Origin: Octopus vulgaris
Taxonomy: Eukaryota
Direction: 5' to 3'
DNA length: 64,000 nucleotides
NCBI GenBank assembly: GCA_951406725.2
Contig: OX597816.1
Span: 130,882,001 to 130,946,000, forward strand
The position numbers and the translations under genes are program-made. Shown in pieces: positions 41,586 to 54,918 of this stretch. The number at the start of each line of letters is the position of its first letter. Positions within the stretch are counted from its first letter, which is position 1. The notes beneath the pieces are model-generated. The model searched no databases, had not been told where the DNA came from, and saw nothing but the letters and a program-made list of their open reading frames with translations.

Positions 41586-42845
41586 TAAGGTCGGCTGAAA
41601 AGTTCATATGCTGACCATGATGCTGTCGTGGAATGTGACCGGATGAGGTTTATTTTTCAACACAGTCTCCCTTGCGGTTCACAACTTCTTCCATCGGTGT
41701 TGCTTGGATCCCATTGGAGAAGAAGCTTTCATCCTGTTGGTCAAAAAAGTATTCAACAGCAGATATGAAGTCATCACTGTGATACTGATTGCCAGCCAAG
41801 TGCTTTATCATCTTGGGGAACTTATGATAGTCGCATGGGGCTAAATCAGGATATTAGGGACTGTGATCAACCAGTTCAAAGTCAGTCACATTCAGCAGCT
41901 ACTGAAACGAAGGACTTCTGTGGTGCAGCGTTGCTCCGATGAAACAAGACCTGTTTCATCAGATTTCTTTGGCATTTGGTCTTAGTAGCCTTTCTTGACT
42001 ACTTCAGTATGTTGGCGTAGTACTCTATTGATGGTGTTGTCCTTCTGAAGATAGTCAATAAACACAATGTCTTTTGCATCGCAAATAACACTGAGGCCGT
42101 CTCATTCCTCAGGCCTTCCTGGGGCCTTCTTTGAAGCAAGCGAGAATGGGTGTATCCACTGCATGGGTTGTCTCTTTCTCTTTAAAGCAAAGTAAAGAAC
42201 ACAACGCTTATCTTGGCTTAGGAAACGTTCAAGGAAACCAGCTGGATCTGCCTCAAGCCAAGTCCGATTTTTCCGAGATGTAATCAACCTGGTGCACTTT
42301 TGATCAGGTGTTAGAAGACGTAGTACCCACCGAGCAGAAACCTTCATCATGCCAAGTTCATTATGCAGAATATTCTCAACTCTCTCACGGGATATGCTAA
42401 TTGCATTGGCTATTTGATTTATAGTTAATCACCGGTCATCCATCAACATGTGGTATACACGATCAATGTTTCCCTCGGTGATGAGAGTTGCAGGATGTTC
42501 AGGCCTTGGGTCATCTTCAAGATTTTCCATCCCCTTCCTAAAATCAACCCCCCACTTTTGCACGGTTGATAAAGCTGGAGCATCTTCCCGAATGTAGAAA
42601 CGATGTAAGCATGAATGTCCTTGGGGGTTAAGCCCCTTTTTCTGAAGGTACTTGAGAAAACCACAATGCGAAATTTTGCCCATTTTCAAGAGAAATCGTA
42701 ACTACTTACTTTTGAAGTTTTCTTTGAACAGTCAGATGTCAGTTTACCTGGAAAGAAACAGGGCAGTTGTTAATAAGAAGGATTGAAAGTAATGCATGCA
42801 AGATTTCTCAGCTCTAGCATCACTCCTCCATAGCCATATGAGTTA
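41586..42845 (-). mobile_element. Near full-length decayed mariner transposon
   Basis: Transposase remnant of about 345 codons (ATG 42683 to stop 41650): DAPALSTVQKW...LEDDPR, KVSARWVLRLLTPDQK (WVP-motif region), ending ...KGDCVEK*. Contains frameshifts. TIR-like ggtcggctgaaaagttcatatgctga at 41589. Confidence 0.85.
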
Positions 42846-42906
42846 GTATGTCTATACATATATGTGTATAAGTATATATACAAGTGTGCGTGTATATAAA
42901 TATCTA

Positions 42907-42964
<58 letters not shown>

Positions 42965-43003
42965 TACATACATACATACATACATACATATTAATACATA
43001 TAC

Positions 43004-43064
<61 letters not shown>

Positions 43065-43084
43065 CTTTTTTTCTTTTTTTTTTT

Positions 43085-43483
43085 TTACTTGTTTCAGTCA
43101 TTTGACTGCGGCCATGCTGGAGCACCGCCTTTAGTCGAGCAAATCGACCCCGGGACTTATTCTTTGTAAGCCCAGTACTTATTCTATCGGTCTCTTTTGC
43201 CGAACCGCTAAGTTACGGGGACGTAAACACACCAGCATCGGTTGTCAAGCAATGCCAGGGGAACAAACACAGACACACAAACATATTCACACACACTTAT
43301 ATATATATATACATATATACGACAGGCTTCTTTCAGTTTCCGTCTACCAAATCCACTCACAAGGCATTGGTCGGCCCGGGGCTATAGCAGAAGACACGTG
43401 CCCAAGATGCCACGCAGTGGGACTGAACCCGGAACCATGTGGTTGGTTAGCAAGCTACTTACCAAACAGCCACTCCTGCGCCT
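43085..43483 (-). mobile_element. SINE family A, full length
   Basis: Highly similar to the reverse complement of 36463-36850. Confidence 0.9.
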
Positions 43484-43575
43484 ATGTATATGTATACATA
43501 TATATATATGTATATATATACATATATATATATATACATATATATATACATATATATATATATATTTATACACAC

Positions 43576-43618
<43 letters not shown>

Positions 43619-44054
43619 CGCATACATGTATGTATGCATATATATACGTATACATACATATACAATTATCTTTATATGTGAGTGCGTCTTTGTGTAAGCT
43701 TTTGTGAATCACTATGTGTATATGTGTGTCTATGAGCGTGTGGGTGAGAGATAGGACTGTATAGTTCGGCTGTCTGAGACTACGAGCTATTTTATAATAC
43801 AACCAATGTTTATATATTCGCGTTTATATTGAAATGAGTTTGTGTAGCGCAATGTACCGTAATACATGCTATCTCTTTTATCATTCAATTTGTTTTTATA
43901 TAAATAGATTCACGCATACACACAAATACAGAAAATGTGGATTCACACGCAATTTACACGCACTTATTCATATACAATCACATATGCTCGCGTACAAACA
44001 TATACATAAACATATATATATATATATATATATAAATGAGTTTTTATGTGTGCG

Positions 44055-44123
<69 letters not shown>

Positions 44124-44246
44124 TGTGTGGAATATGTATGTATGTATATGTATCATATGTAATGCAAATCAATTGAAATATTCATTTTCTATGAATGTTT
44201 GCATTGTGTTGGTGTCAGTGTTTGCGTGAGTGCGTGAGTGTATGTA

Positions 44247-44300
<54 letters not shown>

Positions 44301-44664
44301 AATGTGCGCGCGCCCTTGCTATATATCTACTACAAGTTTGTTGTTATAGACTTTCATTAAAATCTGTCAAATTAGCTGAAATCCAGTGCATTTTCGGGGT
44401 AAAATGCTAGCCTTATGAGGGACGTTCATCTTGTTTTGAGACGCCGTAATATGGTCGCCATTTATGCGGACAGCGTTAGCACTTAGATGTCAACTAATTT
44501 TCAAACTGAAATGGAAGAAGCAGAATTAGTCGATTTCTGGGTAGGAGTAAAACTTGTCTGGACTATACATATACAGACTGAAAAAAATCGACACTCAAGG
44601 CTCAAGAACATGTAAGCGGGTTATTTTAAATTTGGCTCTACACTGACAAATATGAATGCTTGGT

Positions 44665-45031
44665 TTTCGCCCGTCTTTATGTTCCGAGTTCAAATTCCGC
44701 TGAGACTGACTTAGCATTTTGTAGTCAATAAAATAAGCATCAATTAAATGCTAGGATCGATGTGACTAACTGCCCCCTCCCTCTCAAAAACTGCTGAGCC
44801 GTGCCAAATTTTGAAACCATTATTATTATGGCAGAATCGTTAGCACGCCTGGCAAAATGCTTAGCGGCATTTTGTCCGTCTTTACGTTCTGAGTTCAAAT
44901 TCCGTCGAGGTTAACTTTGCGTTTCTTCCTTTCGCGGTCGATAAAATAATTACCAGTTGAGCACTGAGGTTGATGTAATCGATTTACCCCCACTCACGAA
45001 ATTGCTGGCCTTGTGCAAAAATTTGAAACCA
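44665..45031 (+). mobile_element. Two tandem SINE family B copies
   Basis: Two gagttcaaattccg...tttgaaaccatt units. Confidence 0.75.
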
Positions 45032-45059
45032 TTTATTATCACTCTTATTAGAGAGACAG

Positions 45060-45490
45060 AGAGCAGCGCATACCACCAAAGTGTCACTGGGGTACAAATA
45101 TGCGAAAGCCAATTTACCCATCTTGACTAACCGTCTGATAAGGGTACACCAGGCACATGCATCACAACCATATGTACATGGTGATTTCATATCAAGATAA
45201 ACAGTGCATGACTTTGCAGGCGAGGTCCCGCTAAAATTTCTTCAGGTTGAGTAGCCCAACCCACTCAAAAGGTTCCTGAATGAAGGATGTTTAAGGATGA
45301 TGATCGAAACACTCATGTTTCCAGAGGCAAATTATTCAAACCTCAAAGAATTCCTCTTAACACATGGCTATGATGCTCTCCCCACAACTTCTGCTTGTGA
45401 TCAGAGATGCACATATCGTCAGCCACTAAGAAATATGTTCAACTGGTTAAGGTCAAGCAACTGACAAGCAAATCTGTGGTACTGAGCAGA
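45060..45490. repeat. Dispersed repeat abutting (TTA)n; second copy at 58735-59220
   Basis: Shared ccgtctgataa.ggtacac.aggcacatgcatcacaacca and gatgcacatatcgtcagccactaag segments. Confidence 0.8.
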
Positions 45491-45567
45491 TTATTATTAT
45501 TATTATTATTATTATTATCATTATTATTATTATTATTATTATTATTAATATTATTATTATTATTATT

Positions 45568-45600
<33 letters not shown>

Positions 45601-45619
45601 ATTATTATCATTACTATTT

Positions 45620-46210
45620 TGATTATCATCTTCTTTCAATTCTGTTTCCCTTTCTTACCGAGTGTGTTCCTGACACCTAGGGCAGAGAAACGCACTGTGT
45701 ATATTGGTAGGCCATTAAAATAAACACACCAAATTTACAAAGTCATGTGACTGAGAAAAAGGAGAAAAATATAACAAAGAAGATAAAGGGAAAGAAATTT
45801 CACAGCGACAATGCTCTTGTTAATACGTGTGACGTACCTGTTCAGACAATCTTTTGCACTTCCTGTATGGATAGTAAGCCATGGATCACTCTTAAATAAT
45901 TTTCAGTTCCTGTTTTGATCATTGCAAGTACTCCTACAATCATTAGTATTGTAACCGTCTTGAGATGCCACATCTTTATATTTTCTGAGCTGATCAAATT
46001 ATTTTGTCGAGATAGTGTGGTCACAGGATATGCTCATGTCAATCAATAATCAGACCTTATTGTTTTGGTCTTTCACAACAATATCTGGTTTGTTTGCTCT
46101 GGTGGTCCGGTCTGTACATACTGGCAAGTCCCAAAGAATAGTTACATTTTCTCCCACAGTTACAGCCTCAGGGTATTGCTGGTACCGTTTGTCTGCTGTT
46201 TTGATTTTAT
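45620..46210 (-). mobile_element. 5'-truncated R4/Dong-clade non-LTR retrotransposon (RLE domain plus 3' UTR)
   Basis: PEAVTVGENVTILWDLPVCTDRTTRANKPDIVVKD...LLIDMS...KYKD and MWHLKTVTILMIVGVLAMIK...QEVQKIV. (TAA)n-type repeats lie on both sides. Confidence 0.85.
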
Positions 46211-46353
46211 AATGCTTTATTATTATTATTGTTGTTGTTGGTGGTGGTGGTGGTGGTGGTGGTGTTGTCGTCCCCCTCATTCTTCTCCCTTGTGGCAAAT
46301 AAATGAAATCATCATCATCATCATCATCATCATTGTTGTTGTTATTATTATTA

Positions 46354-46389
<36 letters not shown>

Positions 46390-46560
46390 GGCAGCGTAGT
46401 GGCAGAATCGCTGGACGAAATGCTTAGCGGTATTTCACCTGTCTCTACGTTCTGAGTTCAAATTCCGCCGAGGTCGACTTTGCCTTTAATCCTTTCGAGG
46501 TTGATAAAATAAGTACCAGTTGAACACTGGGGTCGATATAATCGACTCATCCTCACCTCC
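46390..46560 (+). mobile_element. SINE family B between (TTA)n tracts
   Basis: Core match. Confidence 0.8.
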
Positions 46561-46572
46561 TCCAAATGAAAG

Positions 46573-46629
<57 letters not shown>

Positions 46630-47200
46630 GATTATTATTATTATGATTATTATTATTATTATTCATTTTTATAGACAACTCCTTCTATGTATTTATTTGT
46701 TATTGGCTATTGTTTATGTAAGTCAGAATTTCTTCCGCAGCTGGTTTTTAACTGTCTGTGGGAGTAAACTGGGAGAAGACCGGTCAGGTGACTACTAGAT
46801 CGTTTTAAGATGTTTTCTTGTTATTAGCCACCACTTTGTACCAGGTCACCGACACGAAAAAGAAAAGAAGGACAGAAATACGAAAATAAACTCTAAAACA
46901 AAAATAACATAAACTGCAACCTTTCAGAATGCCATACTTTTCTTCAATTATCTGTCTGTTTAATGGTGAGTAACAGACAAGTCTTCACGTTATCTTATGA
47001 TTTCAACGCACTTGAGTGTGTATACCATATTTACATAATTATCAAATAACTTTGATTACACACACACACACACACACACAACCCGCCCCCACAAAAATAT
47101 ATGATTAAAAATTAGTATCGATAAATCACTGGTTTCTTACAGAGAAACAAGATCGACTGATCTAATAGGGAAATATAATAATTGATAAGAGACATACCTC

Positions 47201-47344
47201 TGTTAACATGAAACCAATGGTAGTCTGGTTAATCCACAAATAAAGAAAATTTATTTATTTATTCACTAATGTGGTATTGAGCATCCAATCTCACTGATCG
47301 ATATTTACGTATATGTATATACATACACACACACAAACATATAA

Positions 47345-47412
<68 letters not shown>

Positions 47413-47414
47413 TC

Positions 47415-47476
<62 letters not shown>

Positions 47477-47620
47477 TTATATGTTTGTGTGTGTGTATGT
47501 ATATACATATACGTAAATATCGATCAGTGAGATTGGATGCTCAATACCACATTAGTGGATAAATAAATAAATTTTCTTTATTTGTGGATTAACCAGACTA
47601 CCATTGGTTTCATGTTAACA
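47201..47620. repeat. Near-perfect 420-bp palindrome
   Basis: tgttaacatgaaaccaatgg... mirrored by ...ccattggtttcatgttaaca. Centre aaattcgggttt at 47409-47420. One substitution seen in the unique part of the arms. Confidence 0.95.
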
Positions 47621-47804
47621 TGCATATATATGTGTGTGTATGTGTAAGTGGTGAATGGACAAAAACAATAAAAAAACAACAGGGACAAGTTTTCCCAAAG
47701 GTGAAAAAAGGGGAAAGGAAATAGAAAAGGGTCGTTGAAAGGAGAAGCGGGGATAATCAGATGAATGAAAAATAAATTATACACACACACACACACACAC
47801 AAGG

Positions 47805-48420
47805 GAGTCCAGGCTAAATTTGGTCATACTTTATGTCTCCTTTTTTCATGTATAGGTTAATTCCACAGCGGTGGAGAACATAAAGTTGTACGTCAGAAAA
47901 AGTTACCTGATATGGAGGACTGAAAGCCATCTGAAAATTAGGCAAGAGTTACCTGTAGCATGACTGTATTTTGATGATTTGCCGACATTATGACTACCGC
48001 TCAATGCTCTGTGAATATTGTAAAGTCTTTGGGTGAGTCTTTAGTGAGAGTGATGTCATGTCGCCTCACAGCTGTTAACAAGGTATTAGGCTCGATTCAG
48101 ACGGTTATATGAAGCTGCTTGAAACAGTGGTCAGTTCCTAACTGGAAAGATTTCTCCTGGAAGGCCATGTGTAGCAGCAGTTTTCAGCACTTTCTCATAC
48201 CTTCGCAAAAAGTTAAAATTTCTATGACTTCACCTGCTCCATTTTCTGGCCCCGATTATAATCTTATGGATTACTTTGCGTGGAACGTGGTTGCGAAAGA
48301 CGTCCACCACTTTTCCTGCAGTACCATGACCAAAGAGGTGCTCGAAGATCTTTCCAGGGACACTATACAATGAATTCCAATGTTCTTGCAGTGCAGAAGC
48401 ATCTCTTCGGGTGATATAAC
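47805..48420 (+). pseudogene. Tc1/mariner-superfamily transposase remnant related to 931-1864
   Basis: SGPDYNLMDYFAWNVVAKD resembles the SPDxNPxDY.xW motif. Confidence 0.6.
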
Positions 48421-49406
48421 ATGGTTTCTCGTAACATAATTGCTGTTTGGTTCTTAAGCTCAACTAGAGCATGTTGGTAGCAGTCGTATCTAAAATACAT
48501 TGAAAATCCTGGACGAGCAAGACAAACATGACAAATGAAGAAACATCCAATGTTTTCATAAAGAAATGTAAAATCATTTAATTCTCTCGAAGCTTCAACT
48601 TCTACGACGACCAATTGCTTTTGAATTAAAATGAATGAGAAAATAGCGATGGCTAAATACGAATATCTTAAACGAAACAAAAAGACGAACGATTGGTCGA
48701 GCTTTGATTTTTATCCAGTTATGATCAGTTATGGTTAGTTGTAATCAGTTATGGTCAGTTATGAACGTAAATAAGTAACAAAACCAAACTCGGAAAAAGA
48801 CTGGAGCTTCTTGGAAGTATTCAGATTTGTCTTGTATTAAAAAGCGAACAAACGGATCAATTTAGCAAAAAGTTGAAATAAGTTATTATTTAACACACTC
48901 ATGCCATAGTATTTTAACATACGAGTAAATGATAGTCGTGTGAAACGTTTTGTTTGAATGGTTGAGTGGGGAAATAGAAGAAATAGTCCATGACGAAGAT
49001 GGAGGGATGAAGTCAAATATTTTTGTATCATATCGAACAGATATGATACATAAGTTTTTGAAACCTTTTCAGGTTTACGTAGTCTTTACGGCTCCAGGTG
49101 ACAGTTGATACATATCATACATACACACTCACTTACATACATTCACTGTCTCCCATATCGGAGGTGAGGAATTCTCGTCCAAGCATGTGGCTAGCTGCAA
49201 GTACAGGTCATTGGAAGGCAGCCCACCCACCCCGAAATGCATCTGGCGTTTTCGCTTGCTACAGCTGGAGCGATCTCCCTCTTTGATATATGTTGTATTT
49301 TTAATACAGCACGTCCAGTATACCGTAGTGACTGGCCTAATGTATAGAGACTATTTGTGTATATACATTAAGTATGACACATAGATGGTTACACACACAC
49401 CACACA

Positions 49407-49440
<34 letters not shown>

Positions 49441-49554
49441 CATATATGTTTCAAGATATTTACGGTTAAATCCTACAAGTGATAGTTAAAACTTTGATCG
49501 CTCCGGGTTATCAGTAACATAATAGTTTTATTTCATTAAAATGGTATTCTTCTT

Positions 49555-49870
49555 GGCCTTTCATATTTTCTGGGTCTATAAAATAGGTACCTGTTGAGCA
49601 CTGGGATCGGTGTAATCAACTTTCCCCCTCTCCCAAAATTTCTGACTTTGTGTTAATAGTAAAATGAATCAATTATATGAAATATTAAGGTGCGAGCTGG
49701 CAGAATCGCTACCACGCCAAAGAAGACGCCGAGCGGCATTTCTTCCGGTCCTTACATTCTGAGTTCAAATTCGGCCGCGGTCGACTTTACCTTTCATAAG
49801 TACCAGTTGACTACTGGGATCGATGTAACTGACTAGCCCCCTCATCTCAAATTTCAAGCCTTTGTACCAC
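49555..49870 (+). mobile_element. Two SINE family B fragments
   Basis: ggtgcgagctggcagaatcg head at 49689 and core segments. Confidence 0.7.
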
Positions 49871-50850
49871 TTGTACAAAAAATTAATTATATCAAATATT
49901 GATAAAAGAACTATTCCACTATCAAACTACTCGGCCATTGCTAGAGAACTATTTACATTAGCCTAGTACTTCATCGATTCCGTAAAGATGAAAGACAATC
50001 TTAACGCCGGTAAGAGTTGAAATCACAACGTAGAGGAACGTATCTAAATAAAACAAGGCATTTTGTCAATCGACTTTTCGATTCAGCTAATCCACCACTC
50101 CTTAGCATAATTTCAAAATATTGGGAGTGAGTAATTTCTATTGCATAGGTTGCATAAGCTTAATAAGACTTAACACTAAATACGCACTTCCTGCTGCTTT
50201 CGACATTTTGCATATTTTGTTATTGCCATGAGATTTCTAAGTAAGTCGTTTCCTTCTCTTTGATTTTTTTTTTTTAAATATTTTTTGTGTTCTTTTCTTT
50301 TTCTTTTTCTTTTTCTTCTTTGGAATGTATTCGGCTTACTGCAAAATGTTTTTTTTATTAGTTAGAGATAAACCCGAAACAAATAATATGAAATTAACGA
50401 TTAAACTATTTTACAACAACAAAATATTCATAATTAAAAATTAATAATTATTAAATTGCTAATAAATTTTCAATTAATTTAATAACTTCTCGCTTACGAA
50501 AGCAGCCACACGATCAGTATATGATAACGTCTAAGGGTTGAGTGGTATTAATGAGGACAAAATTCTTTCAAACCAGAAAATCCACTGAGAAAGAAAAAGG
50601 CGTTTCACAACCCATGCAAAGAGTCAAATGATTTCTCTATTGCACATGCACGCGCGCACCGACACGCACATAATTGACATACATACATATATATGTATAT
50701 AAATATATACATATATGTGTGTGTGTGTGTCCATACACACACATCACACATATGCAAACATACATAAATATGTATGTATATATATATATATATATCCATA
50801 TACACACATGCATATATATATGTTTGTATCTATATATGTATGTATGTATT

Positions 50851-50884
<34 letters not shown>

Positions 50885-51281
50885 TGTATGTATGTATGTA
50901 TGAATGTATGTATGTATGTATGTGTGTGTGTATGTGTGTACACACACACATGTATATAATCGGTCAAAATGATGAGATATAAGTTACAGCTCTCTACGAC
51001 CTGGGTTGAAATCCCACCGAGATCAACTAATATTTTCTCCTTCCGAAACAGATAATATAAAACCTCCGTCAAGTGCTGCGATCGATTAACCGATTACAAT
51101 CCTCCCACCAAACTTTGTGGCTTTGTACCTACTCTTTCTTTTATTCTTTTACTTGTTAGAGTCCTCTTGACTGCGGTCATGCTGGTTTTTAGTCGAAGAA
51201 ATCGACCCCAAGACTTATTCTTTGTCAGCCTAGTACTTTTTTATCGGATTCTTTTGCCGAACCGCAGACACACACACGCAC

Positions 51282-51358
<77 letters not shown>

Positions 51359-51362
<4 letters not shown>

Positions 51363-51634
51363 GTTGGCAACTAAGTTCCCGTGGGTTTTTTTCTTTTTAA
51401 TTTTGGAATCTATTTTTTACGAGAATTCTATTTTTGAATTATTTTAAAATCTATTTTGTGTTTTTTCTAGTTAATTTTAGTTCTTTTTTGTCTATTTTCA
51501 GATCATTAAAATGGAATGTCAAATTAAGAAAAACGAGTATTTTCGACACCTCCTTTTTGCTTTTAATCAAGGTTCTAAGGCCGCAAAAGCCGCAAAAGCT
51601 GCTCTCGACATTTGTGATGTGTATGGAGAGGGTG
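51359..51634 (+). mobile_element. 5' fragment of a mariner element (mellifera-subfamily-like TIR)
   Basis: TA|ttgggttggcaactaagtt TIR. ATG at 51511 gives MECQIKKNEYFRHLLFAFNQGSKAAKAAKAALDICDVYGEG, a mariner N-terminal HTH. Confidence 0.8.
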
Positions 51635-52300
51635 ACACAGGAAGGAATATGATTAAGAAATACGCTATTAGCTTAACATTTTAATGGAAAGAGAAAGTGT
51701 CTTACCGTTTGGGATGTTAGTATACTTCATCACAAGAAAGGAACAAGTGAAGAGGAAGAGGAATGTATACACCACACAAACATACATATATACACATACA
51801 TACAAACATACACACATACATATACACACATACATGCACACACTCACACATAGACACATATGTGTGTGTGTGTGTGTGTGTGTGTGTCTGTGTGTGTGTA
51901 TACATACATAAGGGCGAACAGTTTCAGGGATGGTTGTTTTGTTAAAAGTTCGTTTCTCGCCCAAATGCTCTCAACTTCATCGCACTACGTAACGGCATCT
52001 TGGGCAAGATTTTTGCACTACTGCAGCTTCGGACTGGTCAATAAATTATGAATGGAATTTCGAGCATGGAAACTGTGAAGAAGCCCCACATTTGTGCGCG
52101 TATGTATATGTTTCTGTCACTATCTCTCTTTTTGTACCTCTCTCCTTCTCTCCCTTTGTCTTGTTCTCTTATTGTATACATCCTAGACCGCTGAAAGCTA
52201 CAAGTTTTTTTCATTCTCTGTTTATTTTCTCTTATTCCTTTCTGTTGAAGACCGTAGGCTCGAAACGTAAAAGACAAATATTACCTGCCACTCTCTCTCC

Positions 52301-52399
<99 letters not shown>

Positions 52400-52404
52400 T
52401 ATAA

Positions 52405-52682
52405 GCCACGTGGCTTAGTGGTTAGGGCATTCGGCTTAGAAGTTCAATTCCCGGCGACGCGTTGTGTCCAATTTATTTCACGTTGTTCCGGTCCAACAAA
52501 CTAGCAAAAATGATTAGCTTTTCAAAGGGCCAGCCTTGTCATTTTATATGCCACGCTGAATCTCGTTAAGGGTACACGTGTCTGTGGAGTGCTCAGCCAC
52601 TTGCACGTTAATTTCACGTGCAAGCTGTTCCATTAATCGCATCAACTGGGACCCTCATTCTCGTAACCGACAGAGTGCTCCT
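52405..52682 (+). mobile_element. SINE family C-related copy
   Basis: gtggcttagtggttagggc head. aagggtacacgtgtctgtggagtgctcagccactt is shared with 2588-2970. Confidence 0.75.
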
Positions 52683-52807
52683 ACATATTGCCTATCTTTG
52701 TTTTAAGAGTTTGGGTCAAGATGGAGAAGAAAGGCGCAATCAGGACAGAATTGGAAACGCACTGTGTCAGGGATGTGCAATAGCATCTGAGGGTCGGGTC
52801 GATACTG

Positions 52808-52851
<44 letters not shown>

Positions 52852-54820
52852 ATATACACACACACTCACACATATATATATATATATATATGTATATATG
52901 TACGTGTTGTATGTCTGTAGTATGTATGTATGCATGTTTATGTCCACCAGTTTTAAAACAGGTGTTATCTAAAAATAAGATAACCATTTAGAAGTTGTAT
53001 GAATATAGATAATATAGATAATAATAGTATGAATATAGACAATATACGCACCAGAATGAACCTAAGTATTGGGGTCGATATGATAAATTGGAACAGCTGA
53101 AGAGAGTGCTCAAGTGTGGCTGCAGACCAGTGATGTAATTGTGTGACTATATATATACATACTACATATGTGAATGTGTGTATATAGACTCAGATACACG
53201 TATGCAAGTATATACAAATTTAAGTGTGTATATATATGTGTATGTATGTATTACCAAAGCCACAGAACTTGAATACAAATGTTAACACTACCAGGTGCTG
53301 CACAATACAATGGAAACACAGAACCTTTGTATATTTACTGTTTGCAATACATTCAAATCCTACACATACAAATTAATGTTTTGATCTATGCATCGGATAC
53401 GTGCATGCAGTAACAATAAGATCTGCAATTGTAATAGTAACAATCGTCTTTGGTTAGGGCACACATCCAGTAGTTTTGTGGGGCGGACATTTGACGATTC
53501 TATCGATCACAGTATTTGACTGGTACTTTATTTCATTTATTCTGAAAAGGTGAAAGGTAAATTCGACCTCGGGGATTTTTTAAACCAGAAAATAAAATCC
53601 AGGATAAATACCACAAAGCATTCTTTTTTTTTTTTATGCACTAATGATTCTACCTGTTTGTCACTCATATAATAACGGTTTCTGATTGAGGCCCAAGGTC
53701 AGCAATTTTGAGAAGACAACATCAGTCGGTTAAATCGACTCCAATATTTGACCGGTACTTCATTGTCTACAGATCTTCGAGAGATTTTAACTCAGGACAT
53801 AGCCTGCAAAGTATTTTTTGCCGAGGCTCTAACAATTCTGCCAATAATAATGAATTCTATTATTTGCCTAAGGGGTTATTGGTTGAAGACAGCCTGACAA
53901 GGGCAGGTTACAATTTCTGAGACTGTTTACGCATAAATGAGTGAGAAGAAAGAAAAAATAAAAGAATAGAGAGAAATGAACTGATAAGTATGCATAGTAT
54001 ACAAATATATGTGCACATGGATGATACAACCCTCCTGATTCATGAGGGCCTCCAATTAAGGCCCATCAAGGAATCCCACACATACAAGAACAACCTAACT
54101 ACCAAGGGCAAGTGCCTCTTTTAACTGTTGTTTTTCCGATTTGCAGGCGCATACTTAGAGTATTTCCGTACAATGTAACAATTTTTGACAATCACCCACC
54201 TTCTGACAAATTTACTAGAGAGCTCCTTCTCTTCACCCACACCTGTATTTCTAAGTGGAATATAGCAATCTTTTCATTTATATAATTTTCAAGAGGGCTG
54301 TACGTTCATTCAAGTATAAAGTTACGCCACGTGACAGGGTGTACATTAATGAATACATAAATATGAATAATATAATACAAATAAAATATAAATAAAGCAA
54401 ATAAGCTGAACTCCCTCACACATGGATTACCAGAGTTATCAGAGTTGAATCAGATTACAACACGATTCAGCTGCCTTCAGCTCTTCTTACGGCAAACGGT
54501 ACATCCAAAAGTTCTTGTGAGCTTTAGCTATGCTTGTTTCATGGGATGACATACTATCAGTTCGGTTTTCGCCACTGTCGTCCAATATCTGAGTGTGTTT
54601 GAGATTCTGGTCCTAAGCATCTCTCATCAATTAACGCAACATTATCCTCTACATTTTCCTTCAGGTCGTTTGTTACATCACTGAGAATCTTGTTGGTGCT
54701 TCAAACGTCCTTGAATCTCATGTTGACCTGAAGAAAGGAGCTCCTAGTCGTGGGTCTGACACATCTTAGGTTTGGGCTGATTTTTGTGAATCTGCTGTTA
54801 TTGACAGCTTTCTTTCTTTC

Positions 54821-54918
<98 letters not shown>

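Noticed and set aside
54147-54285. Candidate exon 6 after a strong acceptor (W|RILRVFPYN...)
   Set aside because: Phase-compatible with exon 5, but there is no convincing donor and no recognisable homology.
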